Source: Bacillota bacterium
GTDB taxonomy: Bacteria; Bacillota; Clostridia; Acetivibrionales; DSM-1351
Reading direction: 5' to 3'
Length of the DNA: 64,000 nt
NCBI GenBank assembly: GCA_023439045.1
Contig: JAEXOY010000018.1
Coordinates: 163,628 to 227,627, forward strand
Made by a program: the position numbers and the translations under genes. Below, piece after piece: positions 1-10,700 of this stretch (positions within the stretch are counted from its first letter, which is position 1; every line of letters begins with the position of its first letter). A model generated the notes under the pieces. The model was not told the origin of the DNA. It saw nothing but the letters and a program-made list of their open reading frames with translations, and did not search any database.

Positions 1-768
1 CCAAACCTTTGCAAGCTAGCACCTGCAGGACACCACCATATTCAAGATTTGTATATGGCGGGAGGCGTTCAGGCCGTTATGAAGGAGCTTGCTGACGCAG
101 GTCTTATCAATACAGAGCTTATCACTGCTACGGGAAAAACAGTGGGAGAAAACATCGAGAGCGCAAAGGTGCAAGACCGTGATGTTATCAGAAGCATAGA
201 GCAGCCATATAGCAAGACAGGTGGTATAGCGATACTCAGAGGCAATATTGCACCTGATGGAGCAGTTGTAAAGAAGGCGGCAGTGGTGGAGGAGATGCTT
301 GTTCATCAGGGACCTGCCAGAGTATTTGACAGTGAGGATCAAGCAATAGACGCCATTTACAATGGAAGGATTGTTAAGGGAGATGTTGTAGTAATTCGAT
401 ATGAGGGACCAAAGGGTGGACCGGGTATGAGAGAAATGCTTGGGCCAACCTCAGCTATAGCTGGTATGGGACTGGGCAGCTGTGTTGCACTAATTACAGA
501 TGGCCGTTTCTCAGGAGCTTCAAGAGGTGCGTCTATAGGTCATGTATCTCCCGAAGCTATGGAAGGTGGGCCAATAGCACTTATCAATGAAGGCGACATA
601 ATAAAGATAGATATTCCAAACGGAAAAATAAATGTTGATGTTTCAGACGTTGAGCTAAGCAAGAGAAGAGAAGCATGGAAAGCGCCAGAGCCGAAGATTA
701 CAAAGGGTTTTCTAGGCAGATACGCAAGACTTGTTACCTCTGCAAGCACGGGTGCAGTGCTCAAGTAA
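1..768 (+). CDS. ilvD: dihydroxy-acid dehydratase, C-terminal part (5' end outside window)
   Basis: Frame open from base 1 ([10 protein letters not shown]...). Motifs [40 protein letters not shown]. Confidence 0.97.
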   Translation, partial: PNLCKLAPAGHHHIQDLYMAGGVQAVMKELADAGLINTELITATGKTVGENIESAKVQDRDVIRSIEQPYSKTGGIAILRGNIAPDGAVVKKAAVVEEMLVHQGPARVFDSEDQAIDAIYNGRIVKGDVVVIRYEGPKGGPGMREMLGPTSAIAGMGLGSCVALITDGRFSGASRGASIGHVSPEAMEGGPIALINEGDIIKIDIPNGKINVDVSDVELSKRREAWKAPEPKITKGFLGRYARLVTSASTGAVLK

Positions 769-825
769 TAAGTAAGAAAAACTTGCAATAGAGGTATTAT
801 AACTACTTTTGAAAGGAAGTGAGAT

Positions 826-2517
826 TTGATGAAGTTATCAGGTGCTGAAATTTTGATTGAATGTTTAAAAGAACAAGGCGTTGATACTGTATTTGGATAT
901 CCGGGAGGTCAGGCCCTTATTATATACGATGCTCTATATAAAGCCAGGGATGAGATTCGTCACATTCTTACTTCTCATGAGCAGGGTGCGTCTCACGCTG
1001 CTGACGGTTACGCAAGAGCAACTGGCAAGGTGGGAGTGTGTATTGCTACCTCAGGACCGGGTGCTACAAATCTTGTCACGGGAATAGCTACAGCATATAT
1101 GGACTCCATACCTATTGTTGCTATTACCGGACAGGTGCCTACCGGTCTTTTGGGGAAGGATTCCTTCCAAGAGGTTGATATTACAGGAATCACAATGCCT
1201 GTAACAAAGCATAACTTCATAGTAAAGGATGTTACCAAGCTGGCTGATATAGTCAGAGAAGCCTTTTATATTGCAAAAGATGGCAGGCCGGGGCCTGTGC
1301 TAATAGATGTCTGTAAGGATGTAACGGCAGCTGTTACTGATTATGATGCAAAGCCCGTTATAAGCAAGCTGCTCAGAGAAAAAATGCTCACTACGCAATA
1401 CGTACTGAATATGGACGAGGTAGAGGTGGCTGCACAAGCGATAAATACTTCACAAAGGCCAGTAATACTCTCTGGTGGAGGTGTTGGAATTGCAGGGGCA
1501 GAGGGGGAGTTGCTGACCCTAGCGCAAAATGCAAACATTCCTGTATGTACTTCTCTTATGGGAATGGGGACTTTTCCGGGAGACCATCCGTTATTTATGG
1601 GTATGGTAGGGATGCATGGCACGCTTACTTCAAATTATTCTGTACACAACTGTGATTTATTCATAGCCATTGGTGCAAGAATGAGCGATAGAATCGTTAG
1701 CAATGTCAAAGGCTTTGCTCCTAACGCAAAAATACTGCATATTGATATTGATGCCGCAGAGATAGGAAAGAACATTAAGGTGGATTATCCTCTGGTAGGC
1801 AACCTAAAGGAAATTATGGGATTGCTTGTTGAAAGGGTAAGCCAAAATGACAGAAGTGAGTGGATTGCCAATGTAAATGAGTGGAGGCAGAAGCACCCCC
1901 TCAAATACTGCAAGCAACCGGGAGTACTTAAGCCACAGTATATTATGGAAAGAATTTATGAGCTCACAAAGGGAGAGGCAATAATTACTACCGAAGTTGG
2001 TCAACACCAGATGTGGGCTGCCCAATATTACAAGTACAAAAAGTATAGGCAGTTTATCTCATCGGGCGGCCTAGGAACAATGGGATATGGTTTGGGCGCA
2101 TGTATGGGTGCACAAATAGCCTGCCCTGACAAGAAGGTAATCAATATAGCAGGTGACGGAAGCTTCCGTATGAATTGCAATGAGCTGGCTACGGCAGTGG
2201 AATACAAGCTACCTATAATCATAGCATTGTTCAATAACAGGGCGTTGGGCATGGTGCGACAGTGGCAGGAGCTATTTTTTGACGGACGTTTCAGCCAGAG
2301 TAGTATTGACCGTGGCACAAACTTCAAGGCTCTTGCAGAGGCATTTGGAGCAAAAGGCTACAATGTTCGTACTCCCGAAGAGGTGGACGGTGTTCTGCTT
2401 GAAGCACTAGCGCAAACAGATACACCTGTTTTGATAAATTTTGAAATTGACAAAAATGACAAGGTTTTCCCTATTGTACCTCCGGGTAAGGGGATAAGTG
2501 AGGCAGTTGATTGCTAA
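826..2517 (+). CDS. ilvB: acetolactate synthase large subunit
   Basis: HEQGASHAADGYAR, TSGPGATN, SSGGLGTMGYG and ThDP motif GDGSFRMN...NN. SD GAAAGGAAG upstream; start is TTG826 or ATG829. Confidence 0.96.
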   Translation: MMKLSGAEILIECLKEQGVDTVFGYPGGQALIIYDALYKARDEIRHILTSHEQGASHAADGYARATGKVGVCIATSGPGATNLVTGIATAYMDSIPIVAITGQVPTGLLGKDSFQEVDITGITMPVTKHNFIVKDVTKLADIVREAFYIAKDGRPGPVLIDVCKDVTAAVTDYDAKPVISKLLREKMLTTQYVLNMDEVEVAAQAINTSQRPVILSGGGVGIAGAEGELLTLAQNANIPVCTSLMGMGTFPGDHPLFMGMVGMHGTLTSNYSVHNCDLFIAIGARMSDRIVSNVKGFAPNAKILHIDIDAAEIGKNIKVDYPLVGNLKEIMGLLVERVSQNDRSEWIANVNEWRQKHPLKYCKQPGVLKPQYIMERIYELTKGEAIITTEVGQHQMWAAQYYKYKKYRQFISSGGLGTMGYGLGACMGAQIACPDKKVINIAGDGSFRMNCNELATAVEYKLPIIIALFNNRALGMVRQWQELFFDGRFSQSSIDRGTNFKALAEAFGAKGYNVRTPEEVDGVLLEALAQTDTPVLINFEIDKNDKVFPIVPPGKGISEAVDC

Positions 2518-2593
2518 AAAATGAACCAGTTGATTTCTGAATAATCAAGCTGTTGATTGCTAAATAATGAAACCGTTAATTGTTAAAGAGTAA
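2506..2593 (+). repeat. degenerate 23-bp tandem repeat (~3.5 copies) spanning the ilvB stop codon
   Basis: Units at 2506 gttgattgctaaaaaatgaacca, 2529 gttgatttctgaataatcaagct, 2552 gttgattgctaaataatgaaacc, 2575 gttaattgttaaa. Confidence 0.85.
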
Positions 2594-2596
2594 TAA

Positions 2597-2642
2597 AATG
2601 GAGCTTGACGCAAAAAGTGATAAGCTCCATTATTATTATTTT
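2597..2642 (+). terminator. intrinsic terminator-like hairpin after ilvB
   Basis: aatggagctt / aagctccatt stem followed by a T/A-rich tract. Confidence 0.7.
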
Positions 2643-2684
2643 ATTAGTAACAATTTTTATATTAATTTACGATAAAATTTTTGC

Positions 2685-2713
2685 TTGACTATTGCTAATG
2701 TCTATGTTAAACT
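2685..2713 (+). promoter_or_regulatory. sigma-A promoter of rpmG-secE-nusG
   Basis: TTGACT-17 bp-TAAACT with TG extended -10. Confidence 0.65.
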
Positions 2714-2819
2714 TGTTATTGCTCGCTGTGTAAGTCTTTTTTTTTATGTCCAAATTATTCAAAAAGTTGGACAGACATACAGAGAGAGCTACTATATTGA
2801 GCGGCTGGAGGTGTAATTA

Positions 2820-2969
2820 ATGAGAATTAAAATCACGCTCGCATGTACTGATTGCAAACAGAGAAATTATTCAAACATGAAGAATAAGAAGAATGATCCA
2901 GATAGACTGGAAATGAAGAAGTACTGTAAATTCTGTCACAAACACACTGTTCATAAGGAAACAAAATAA
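2820..2969 (+). CDS. rpmG: 50S ribosomal protein L33 (Zn-ribbon form, 49 aa; not in ORF track)
   Basis: Hand translation [58 protein letters not shown]. Lies before secE-nusG. Confidence 0.97.
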   Translation: MRIKITLACTDCKQRNYSNMKNKKNDPDRLEMKKYCKFCHKHTVHKETK

Positions 2970-3076
2970 TTCCTTTTAGTGTTGGTTGAGATGTTTAATA
3001 TAATGAGTTGCATGTCAACAATTACAGTATAACTTCCATATGATTTTAAAATAATTATAATTGGGATGTGATTAAA

Positions 3077-3310
3077 ATGGCTGAAAATGAGGGCAAGAAG
3101 AAGGTCAACTTCTTTGTAAGAACTGGTAAAGGCATGTCAAAGCTCTTTAGAGAAATAAGAGCTGAACTAAAGAAAGTAATTTGGCCAAGTAGAAGTCAGC
3201 TTATCAACAATACCGCTACCGTGTTGTTATTCTGCCTAATTGTTGGTGCAATAATATGGGCAGCTGATGCGGGACTGACAGCGCTTTCAAATGTAGTATT
3301 TACTAGGTAG
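3077..3310 (+). CDS. secE: preprotein translocase subunit SecE
   Basis: FREIRAELKKVIWPS motif plus a single TM helix; synteny. Confidence 0.95.
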   Translation: MAENEGKKKVNFFVRTGKGMSKLFREIRAELKKVIWPSRSQLINNTATVLLFCLIVGAIIWAADAGLTALSNVVFTR

Positions 3311-3364
3311 TAAAAGTTTTTAAGGGAGGACATGAGGCTCTATTTAGGTGGGCCTGTTATTAAT

Positions 3365-3883
3365 ATGTCTGATGAAGCATTATGGTACGTTGTCCATACC
3401 TATTCTGGGTATGAGAACAAGGTTAAAGCCAATCTTGAAAAGATAGTTGAAAACAGAAACATGCAGGACTATATAGTGGACATCGCTGTTCCAATGGAAG
3501 AGCAGATAGAGATTAAGGATGGCAAAAAGAAGGCTACCCTTAAGAAGGTGTTTCCGGGCTATGTACTTGTCAAGATGATAATGTCAGACGAGTCCTGGTA
3601 TGTTGTAAGAAATACTAGAGGAGTTACTGGTTTTGTTGGACCAGGGTCCAAGCCTGTGCCGCTTTCTGATGAAGAAGTTAAGGCTATGGGTGTTGAGGAG
3701 TTTCTACCTGAACTGGATTACGAAGTAAATGACAATGTCAGAGTTATTTCGGGTCCATTGGAAAACTTTATTGGTATAGTTGAAGAAATCAACTTTGAAA
3801 AGAAAAAGGTCAGAGTTTCAGTTTCAATGTTCGGTCGTGAAACACCTGTCGAATTGGAACTCACACAAATACAAAAGATTTAG
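3365..3883 (+). CDS. nusG: transcription termination/antitermination factor NusG
   Basis: WYVVHTYSGYENKVK, VFPGYVLV, VRNTRGVTGFVG, MFGRETPVEL. Start placed at ATG3365 by homology; ORF track gives 3332. Confidence 0.97.
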   Translation: MSDEALWYVVHTYSGYENKVKANLEKIVENRNMQDYIVDIAVPMEEQIEIKDGKKKATLKKVFPGYVLVKMIMSDESWYVVRNTRGVTGFVGPGSKPVPLSDEEVKAMGVEEFLPELDYEVNDNVRVISGPLENFIGIVEEINFEKKKVRVSVSMFGRETPVELELTQIQKI

Positions 3884-3974
3884 GCCATTAGGCTGATACT
3901 GCCAGCTAGATGCTTGGCATTATCATTTTTAATAAATTTTCTTATGTTGTAGTTAAATTTGGGAGGTGGAATTA

Positions 3975-4400
3975 ATGGCAAAGAAAATTACAGGTTACGT
4001 AAAACTTCAGATTCCTGCGGGGAAGGCAACTCCGGCTCCACCGGTTGGACCAGCATTAGGACAGCACGGCGTAAATATCATGGGTTTTTGTAAGGAATTC
4101 AATGAAAGAACTGCTAAGGACGCAGGGTTAATAATCCCTGTTGTTATCACAGTTTATGCTGACAGATCTTTCAGCTTCATCACAAAGACACCACCAGCTG
4201 CTGTACTTTTGAAAAAAGCATGCAAAATTGAAAGCGGCTCTGGTAAGCCAAACAAGGATAAGGTTGCAAAGATTACAAAGGCTGAAGTTCGTAAGATTGC
4301 TGAGCAAAAAATGCCTGATTTGAATGCTGCAAGCGTAGACGCTGCTGCAAGCATGATCGCAGGTACAGCTCGCAGTATGGGCATCGTAGTAATAGACTAA
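3975..4400 (+). CDS. rplK: 50S ribosomal protein L11
   Basis: [37 protein letters not shown]. Confidence 0.98.
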   Translation: MAKKITGYVKLQIPAGKATPAPPVGPALGQHGVNIMGFCKEFNERTAKDAGLIIPVVITVYADRSFSFITKTPPAAVLLKKACKIESGSGKPNKDKVAKITKAEVRKIAEQKMPDLNAASVDAAASMIAGTARSMGIVVID

Positions 4401-4436
4401 TTATTTTGGTGACCTATAATCACCAAGGAACAATTC

Positions 4437-4474
4437 GTGGGAGGAAACTAGGATTTCCGACAATAATTAACCAC
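4437..4474 (+). promoter_or_regulatory. ribosomal protein L1 autoregulatory RNA site
   Basis: GUGG-GAG...hairpin (ggaaa/tttcc)...A-CCAC directly before the rplA SD, the form of Firmicute L1-binding leaders. Confidence 0.7.
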
Positions 4475-4490
4475 TTAAGGAGTGTGACGT

Positions 4491-5186
4491 ATGTTTAGAG
4501 GAAAGAAGTATCAGGAAAGCGTAAAACTTTTTGATAAATTAAAGCTTTATGATCCAGCTGAGGCTCTTGATCTCACTCAGAAAATGGCTAAGGCAAAGTT
4601 TGATGAGACTGTTGAAGTTCACATCAAGCTTGGCGTTGACTCAAGACATGCAGACCAACAGGTTAGAGGCGCAGTAGTATTGCCTCACGGAACTGGTAAA
4701 AAGGTTAGAGTGTTGGTATTTGCGAAGGGTGACAAGGCTAAAGAAGCAGAAGCAGCTGGTGCAGAATTCGTTGGAGCTGAAGAATTGGTAACAAAGATTC
4801 AGAGCGAAAACTGGTTCGATTATGATGTAGTAGTTGCAACACCAGACATGATGGGTGTTGTTGGTAGACTCGGTAAGGTATTGGGTCCTAAGGGACTTAT
4901 GCCAAACCCAAAAGCAGGAACTGTATCAATGGACGTTGCTAAGGCAATAGCTGATATCAAAGCAGGTAAGATTGAATACAGACTTGACAAGACAAATATT
5001 ATCCACTGCCCACTCGGAAAGGTATCTTTCGGAACAGAGAAGCTTATGGACAATTTCCGTACTCTTCTAGGAGCAGTTGTCAAGGCTAAGCCAGCAGCTG
5101 CTAAGGGACAATATTTAAAGAGTGTTGTTGTTTCATCAACTATGGGTCCTGGTGTAAAGGTTAATCCTTTAAAGGTTAATGAATAA
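4491..5186 (+). CDS. rplA: 50S ribosomal protein L1
   Basis: [44 protein letters not shown]. Confidence 0.98.
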   Translation: MFRGKKYQESVKLFDKLKLYDPAEALDLTQKMAKAKFDETVEVHIKLGVDSRHADQQVRGAVVLPHGTGKKVRVLVFAKGDKAKEAEAAGAEFVGAEELVTKIQSENWFDYDVVVATPDMMGVVGRLGKVLGPKGLMPNPKAGTVSMDVAKAIADIKAGKIEYRLDKTNIIHCPLGKVSFGTEKLMDNFRTLLGAVVKAKPAAAKGQYLKSVVVSSTMGPGVKVNPLKVNE

Positions 5187-5261
5187 TTATTATTCACTTC
5201 CAGAAAAAGGTGCTTTACAAATTGTACAAATAGTATTATGATATAACATGTTGAATTTAAT

Positions 5262-5375
5262 AGCGAGCCATAGACAGCAGGTATGATGTTTACACATTAT
5301 ATAAATCCTGCCGAGGTTGAATCAAGAGATGATTAATCACCCTTTGTATGTCTATGTGCCTGCAAAGGGTTTTTG
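5262..5375 (+). ncRNA. L10 leader (attenuator)
   Basis: CCAUAGACAGCAGG...CCUGCCGAGG core, then terminator accctttg...caaagggttttt whose loop (tgtctatg) is complementary to catagaca. Confidence 0.88.
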
Positions 5376-5430
5376 TTTGAGATTATTCATTAAAATAAAC
5401 TCATTATCCTGATAAAAGGAGGTGGATGTT

Positions 5431-5964
5431 TTGCCTAGTAACAAGATACTTGAACAGAAGAAACAGGTTGTTGCTGAATTATCCGAAAAGATTAAATCAG
5501 CTCAAGGTATTGTTTTCGCTGATTACAGAGGATTAACTGTTGAACAGGATACAGCTCTTAGAAATGCTTTCAGAGCAGCTGGAGTTGAATACAAGGTTGT
5601 TAAGAATACATTAACAGGCTTGGCTGTTAAGGAAAACGGAATAGAAGGATTGGATCCTTTCTTGAACGGTCCTACTGCAATGGCAGTGAGCGCAACTGAT
5701 GCAGTTGCACCTGCAAAGGTTATTTCAGAATTCGCAAAGAAGTATGAAAAGCTCGAAATCAAGGTTGGTGTTGTTGAAGGTAAGGTTATCGACGTAAATG
5801 GTATAAAGGCTCTTGCTGAATTGCCATCACGTGAGGTTCTTATCGCAAAGGTATTGGGTGGCTTCAATGCTCCTATATCTGGCTTCGTAAATGTATTGAA
5901 CGGCAATATGAGAGGTTTGGTTGTAGCCCTCAACGCTATAGCTGAACAGAAAGCAAATGCTTAA
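5431..5964 (+). CDS. rplJ: 50S ribosomal protein L10
   Basis: ADYRGLTV, YKVVKNTL, LNGPTA, LAELPSREVL. TTG start after AAAGGAGGTG. Confidence 0.97.
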   Translation: MPSNKILEQKKQVVAELSEKIKSAQGIVFADYRGLTVEQDTALRNAFRAAGVEYKVVKNTLTGLAVKENGIEGLDPFLNGPTAMAVSATDAVAPAKVISEFAKKYEKLEIKVGVVEGKVIDVNGIKALAELPSREVLIAKVLGGFNAPISGFVNVLNGNMRGLVVALNAIAEQKANA

Positions 5965-6037
5965 TTGTTAATGAGAAGACTCGTTAATGAATTATAAACT
6001 AAAAAATTAAAAACAAATATTATGGAGGTATAATACA

Positions 6038-6415
6038 ATGGCTAGTGAAAAGGTTTTAAAATTAATTGAAGATGTAAAGGTATTAACTGTATTAGAGTTA
6101 TCAGAACTCGTAAAGGCGTTAGAAGAAGAGTTTGGAGTATCAGCAGCAGCTCCTGTAGCAGTTGCAGCAGCTCCTGCAGCAGCAGCAGCTCCAGTTGAAG
6201 AAAAGACTGAATTCAATGTTATATTGAAGGAAGCTGGCGCAGACAAGATCAAGGTTATCAAGGTTGTTAGAGAAGCAACTGGCCTTGGATTAAAGGAAGC
6301 TAAGGACCTCGTTGATGGCGCTCCTAAGACAATCAAGGAAAACGTATCAAAGGACGAAGCTGCAGCTCTTGAAGCTAAGTTCAAGGAAGTTGGCGCAACT
6401 GTAGAAGTTAAGTAA
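6038..6415 (+). CDS. rplL: 50S ribosomal protein L7/L12
   Basis: [10 protein letters not shown] hinge, [31 protein letters not shown]. Confidence 0.98.
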   Translation: MASEKVLKLIEDVKVLTVLELSELVKALEEEFGVSAAAPVAVAAAPAAAAAPVEEKTEFNVILKEAGADKIKVIKVVREATGLGLKEAKDLVDGAPKTIKENVSKDEAAALEAKFKEVGATVEVK

Positions 6416-6431
6416 TTAATTCTCAATTAGC

Positions 6432-6464
6432 AAAAACCCGATATCTTAAGGTATCGGGTTTTTT
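6432..6464 (+). terminator. bidirectional intrinsic terminator after rplL
   Basis: aaaaacccgata-tcttaagg-tatcgggtttttt. Confidence 0.85.
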
Positions 6465-6558
6465 GTACACTAACTATTAATATTTTATTATGATGATGGT
6501 TATAGCTATTTTTAACATTATGGTTTATGATATTTACATATAGTTTAGGCATATTTTC

Positions 6559-7221
6559 TTATAGGTAAGTATTTCCATCCATTGGTATAAGTACCTCTAA
6601 CTCTGGGTTATCTTCGAGTAGGCCCACTAGATACATAGATAAGAACCTATTTGGTTTGATATTAATATTTGGGACAGATAGTATCTTTCCGGGGGTTGAG
6701 CCTCTGAATATCTCAAAGTTGTAGGTATTTGGTGGTAATGATAAATACGGTGAAGCAACGTTAAAGCCTATATTTTTAAACAGAAGATCACCACTGCGAA
6801 GTGCCACATCTACTGCCGGAGAATTTGGAGAAAGATTTACTACCCTAAGTTGTGCTCTCTCAGGATTCATAGGAAGTCTTGTATCCTCTACCTTTGTTAA
6901 TTTAATATTTTCCAGCTTACCGGTAGCAGCCGCTGTGGATATAGTGCCGGGAGCAAGCAATACCTGCTCAGTGAGTACAGGTGTTGAAGTGTCACCAGTA
7001 GCATAAATAGCTATATTATAGTATCCCGAAGGAACGGCTATATACTCGGAAAAGTCTTTATAGCAGAGGTTTCTTGCAATAAGAGCACCATTTGCATAGA
7101 CGTCTACGCATGGGGCGTCTGGAACAGCATGCAAAACACGAATATTTGCTGTTGGTAGACCTGCAGTATTATATGTTCCTTGTTGTAATCTTGAATTAAA
7201 GCGTGGTATCTGATTTATCAT
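6559..7221 (-). CDS. DUF4397-family protein
   Basis: Two repeated halves IRVLHAVPDAPCVDVY / LRVVNLSPNSPAVDV, each followed by Y..P.G.Y; SD AAGGAGGGG. Confidence 0.8.
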   Translation of the reverse strand: MINQIPRFNSRLQQGTYNTAGLPTANIRVLHAVPDAPCVDVYANGALIARNLCYKDFSEYIAVPSGYYNIAIYATGDTSTPVLTEQVLLAPGTISTAAATGKLENIKLTKVEDTRLPMNPERAQLRVVNLSPNSPAVDVALRSGDLLFKNIGFNVASPYLSLPPNTYNFEIFRGSTPGKILSVPNINIKPNRFLSMYLVGLLEDNPELEVLIPMDGNTYL

Positions 7222-7451
7222 TATACCCCTCCTTGTTACTAATAATTATAAATATGTAAATTATATGCTATATAATATGACTTCTGCATATTTTTTGTGT
7301 TAATAAATACAAAATAATTGCTGCTATCGATGTCGGGAAATATTATAAGGCATTGGTATACATTAGGAAATTCACATGTGCAAAGTGCACTAAAATCAAA
7401 AAGAAATGAATGGATAAATAAATAAAAAGTGCTAAAAAAGAAGCACTTTTG

Positions 7452-7480
7452 TTGACAAGCTATTTTCATTATGATAGAAT
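7452..7480 (+). promoter_or_regulatory. sigma-A promoter of rpoBC
   Basis: TTGACA-17 bp-TAGAAT with TG extension; implies a ~280-nt leader. Confidence 0.7.
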
Positions 7481-7764
7481 TATAAACTGCATTAAAATTT
7501 CTATTATTATACCTATTTTTAGATAAGTACTATGTTTTAGCACAATTATAGCACAGACGCATAAACAAGACAATAATTGTTAATAATATTTTATGGTTTG
7601 ACTGTAAAGTTAGTATATGTACTTTTGATAATTATATGTATTAAAAAAAGTTCCAGTTTTAGAAGTAGGAAGCTAAATTGAGATTATTAATTTTATGTGG
7701 ACAATACTATCCATTTAAAATTTTTATATTCCTATATAAGTCATAATTTATGAGGTGATATAAA

Positions 7765-10700
7765 ATGGTAAAACCCGTGAAATTGGGTAGAAACACCAGG
7801 ATGAGTTATTCAAAAATCCGAGAAGCACTAGAAATGCCCAACTTGATAGAGGTTCAGAAGAATTCCTATCAGTGGTTTCTAGATGAAGGATTGAGAGAGG
7901 TTTTCAGGGATATTTCTCCGATTACCGATTATACCGGTAACCTTATACTGGATTTTGTTGATTACTCACTTGATGACACACCTAAGTATAGCGTTGAGGA
8001 ATGTAAGGAGCGAGACACTACATACTCAGCCCCACTTAAGGCGAAGGTACGTCTCATTAACAAAGAGTCAGGAGAAGTAAAAGAGCAGGAAATATTTATG
8101 GGTGATTTCCCACTCATGACTGACAATGGAACCTTCATTATTAATGGTGCAGAGCGTGTAATAGTAAGTCAGCTTGTTAGGTCCCCAGGTATTTATTACG
8201 CGATGAAGTTTGACCGCGTTGGAAAGAAGCTTTATTCGAATACTGTAATTCCAAACAGAGGAGCATGGCTGGAGTATGAAACAGATTCTAATGATGTATT
8301 ATCCGTTAGAATTGACAGAACCAGAAAGCTGCCTCTTACTGTGCTTTTAAGAGCTTTGGGTTATGGAACAGACTATGAAATAACTCAGTTGCTTGGAGAA
8401 GACGAAAGACTTTTAGCTACTATTCAGAAGGATAATGCTAAGACATATGAAGAAGGTTTGCTTGAAATCTACAAGAGATTAAGACCGGGCGAACCACCAA
8501 CTGTTGATAGTGCTAGAACACTTCTCAATAGCTTATTCTTCGATCCAAAGAGATATGACCTTGCGAAGTTTGGACGCTTTAAATTCAACAAGAAACTTGC
8601 TCTCCCAAATCTTATATCAGGTTTTGTTGCAGCAGAAAACATTGTTTCACTTGAAACAGGAGAAGTTCTTGTAGCAGAGGGTCAAGTAATTGAGCCTAGC
8701 AAGGCTGAAGAAATCCAGAATTCTGGTGTTTCTGTAGTTAGCGTGCTCATTGATGGCAAAGCCATAAAGGTTATTGGTAACAAGACAGTTGATATAAGTG
8801 CATTTATAGATTTTGATGTTACTGATATTGGTATTACTGAGAAGGTTCGTTATGACGTTCTCAAGGAAATACTTGACAACAACAATGGCAAGGACGAGAT
8901 CAGAAAAGTTCTTAACGAGAGAATTAATGATCTTATACCAAAGCACATTACTGTCGAAGATATTATCGCTTCAATAAATTATATTATTAATTTGGCTTAC
9001 GGAATAGGAACAACGGACGATATTGATCACTTGGGTAACAGACGTCTGCGTTCTGTTGGAGAACTCTTACAGAATCAGTTTAGAATTGGTTTGTCAAGGA
9101 TGGAGAGGGTTGTTAGAGAGAGAATGACAATTCAGGATATTGATATAGTTACTCCTCAGGCTCTTATAAATATAAGACCTGTAGCTGCAGCTATCAAAGA
9201 ATTCTTTGGCTCCAGCCAGCTGTCACAGTTCATGGACCAGACTAACCCATTGGCTGAACTAACACACAAGAGAAGATTATCAGCACTCGGACCTGGTGGA
9301 TTGAGCAGAGAAAGAGCGGGCTTCGAAGTCCGTGACGTTCATCACTCTCACTATGGTCGTATGTGTCCTATTGAAACACCTGAAGGACCAAACATTGGTC
9401 TTATAGGTTCATTGTCAACCTTTGCAAGGGTTAATGAGTATGGTTTCATAGAAGCACCATACCGAAAGGTTGATAAGGCTACTGGTATTGTTACAGGCGA
9501 TATAGTGTATGTTACTGCTGATGAAGAAGATGCTTACGTTATTGCACAGGCAACAGAACCATTAGATGAAAATAATAAAATAATTGCAAAAAAGGTTATT
9601 GGTAGATACAGAGAAGATATCAGAGAATTTGAAACTTCCAAGATAGACTTAATGGACGTGTCACCAAGACAGCTCGTTTCAGTTGCTACTGCAATGATTC
9701 CGTTCCTTGAAAACGACGACGCTAACCGTGCGCTCATGGGATCAAACATGCAGCGTCAGGCAGTACCTCTTATCAGAGCAGACGCGCCTATCGTTGGAAC
9801 AGGTATGGAGTACAAAGCAGCAAAGGATTCTGGAGTTTGCGTAATCGCAAAGAATTCTGGTGTTGTCGATAAGGTATCTGCAAGTGAAATTACTATTAAG
9901 CTTCCAAATGGTAAAAAGGATGTTTACAAGTTATTAAAATATATTCGTTCAAACCAGGGAACTTGTTTGAATCAGAGACCTATTGTCAGAAAGGGAGAGG
10001 TTATTGAAAAGGGTGATATAATCGCTGACGGCCCATCTACTGACAATGGTGAAATAGCACTTGGAAGAAACATTCTCATTGGTTTTATGACATGGGAAGG
10101 TTACAACTACGAGGATGCTATCTTGATTAGCGAAAAGCTAGTTAAGGAAGACGTATATACTTCTATTCATATAGAAGAATACGAAGCAGAGTCTAGAGAT
10201 ACAAAGCTCGGACCTGAAGAAATAACTAGAGATATTCCAAATGTTGGTGAAGAAGCCTTAAAAGACCTCGATGAAAGAGGTATTATCAGAATTGGTGCTG
10301 AGGTTCGTTCGGGCGATATCCTGGTAGGTAAGGTTACTCCAAAGGGAGAAACTGAACTTACAGCGGAAGAAAGACTGCTCCGTGCAATATTTGGTGAAAA
10401 GGCTAGAGAAGTGCGTGACACTTCACTCAGAGTACCACATGGTGAGTCTGGTATTATTGTTGATGTTAAGGTGTTTACTCGTGAAAATGGAGATGAATTG
10501 CCACCAGGAGTAAACCAATTGGTTAGATGTTATATCGCCCAGAAGAGAAAGATATCTGTTGGTGACAAGATGGCGGGACGTCATGGTAATAAGGGTGTTA
10601 TCTCAAGAATTCTCCCTGAAGAAGACATGCCATTCCTCCCAGATGGTACACCGCTACAGATAGTTCTTAACCCGCTCGGCGTACCTTCACGTATGAATAT

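Noticed and set aside
1..2517. ilvB lacking an adjacent ilvN/ilvC
   Set aside because: The small subunit is often encoded elsewhere, and I recall ilvD-ilvB next to rpmG in related cellulolytic clostridia; not unusual.
9190..9310. Rifampicin-resistance region of rpoB (and streptomycin sites of rpsL)
   Set aside because: Sequences look wild type (SQFMDQ, HKRRLS; PKKPNS, RVKDLP).
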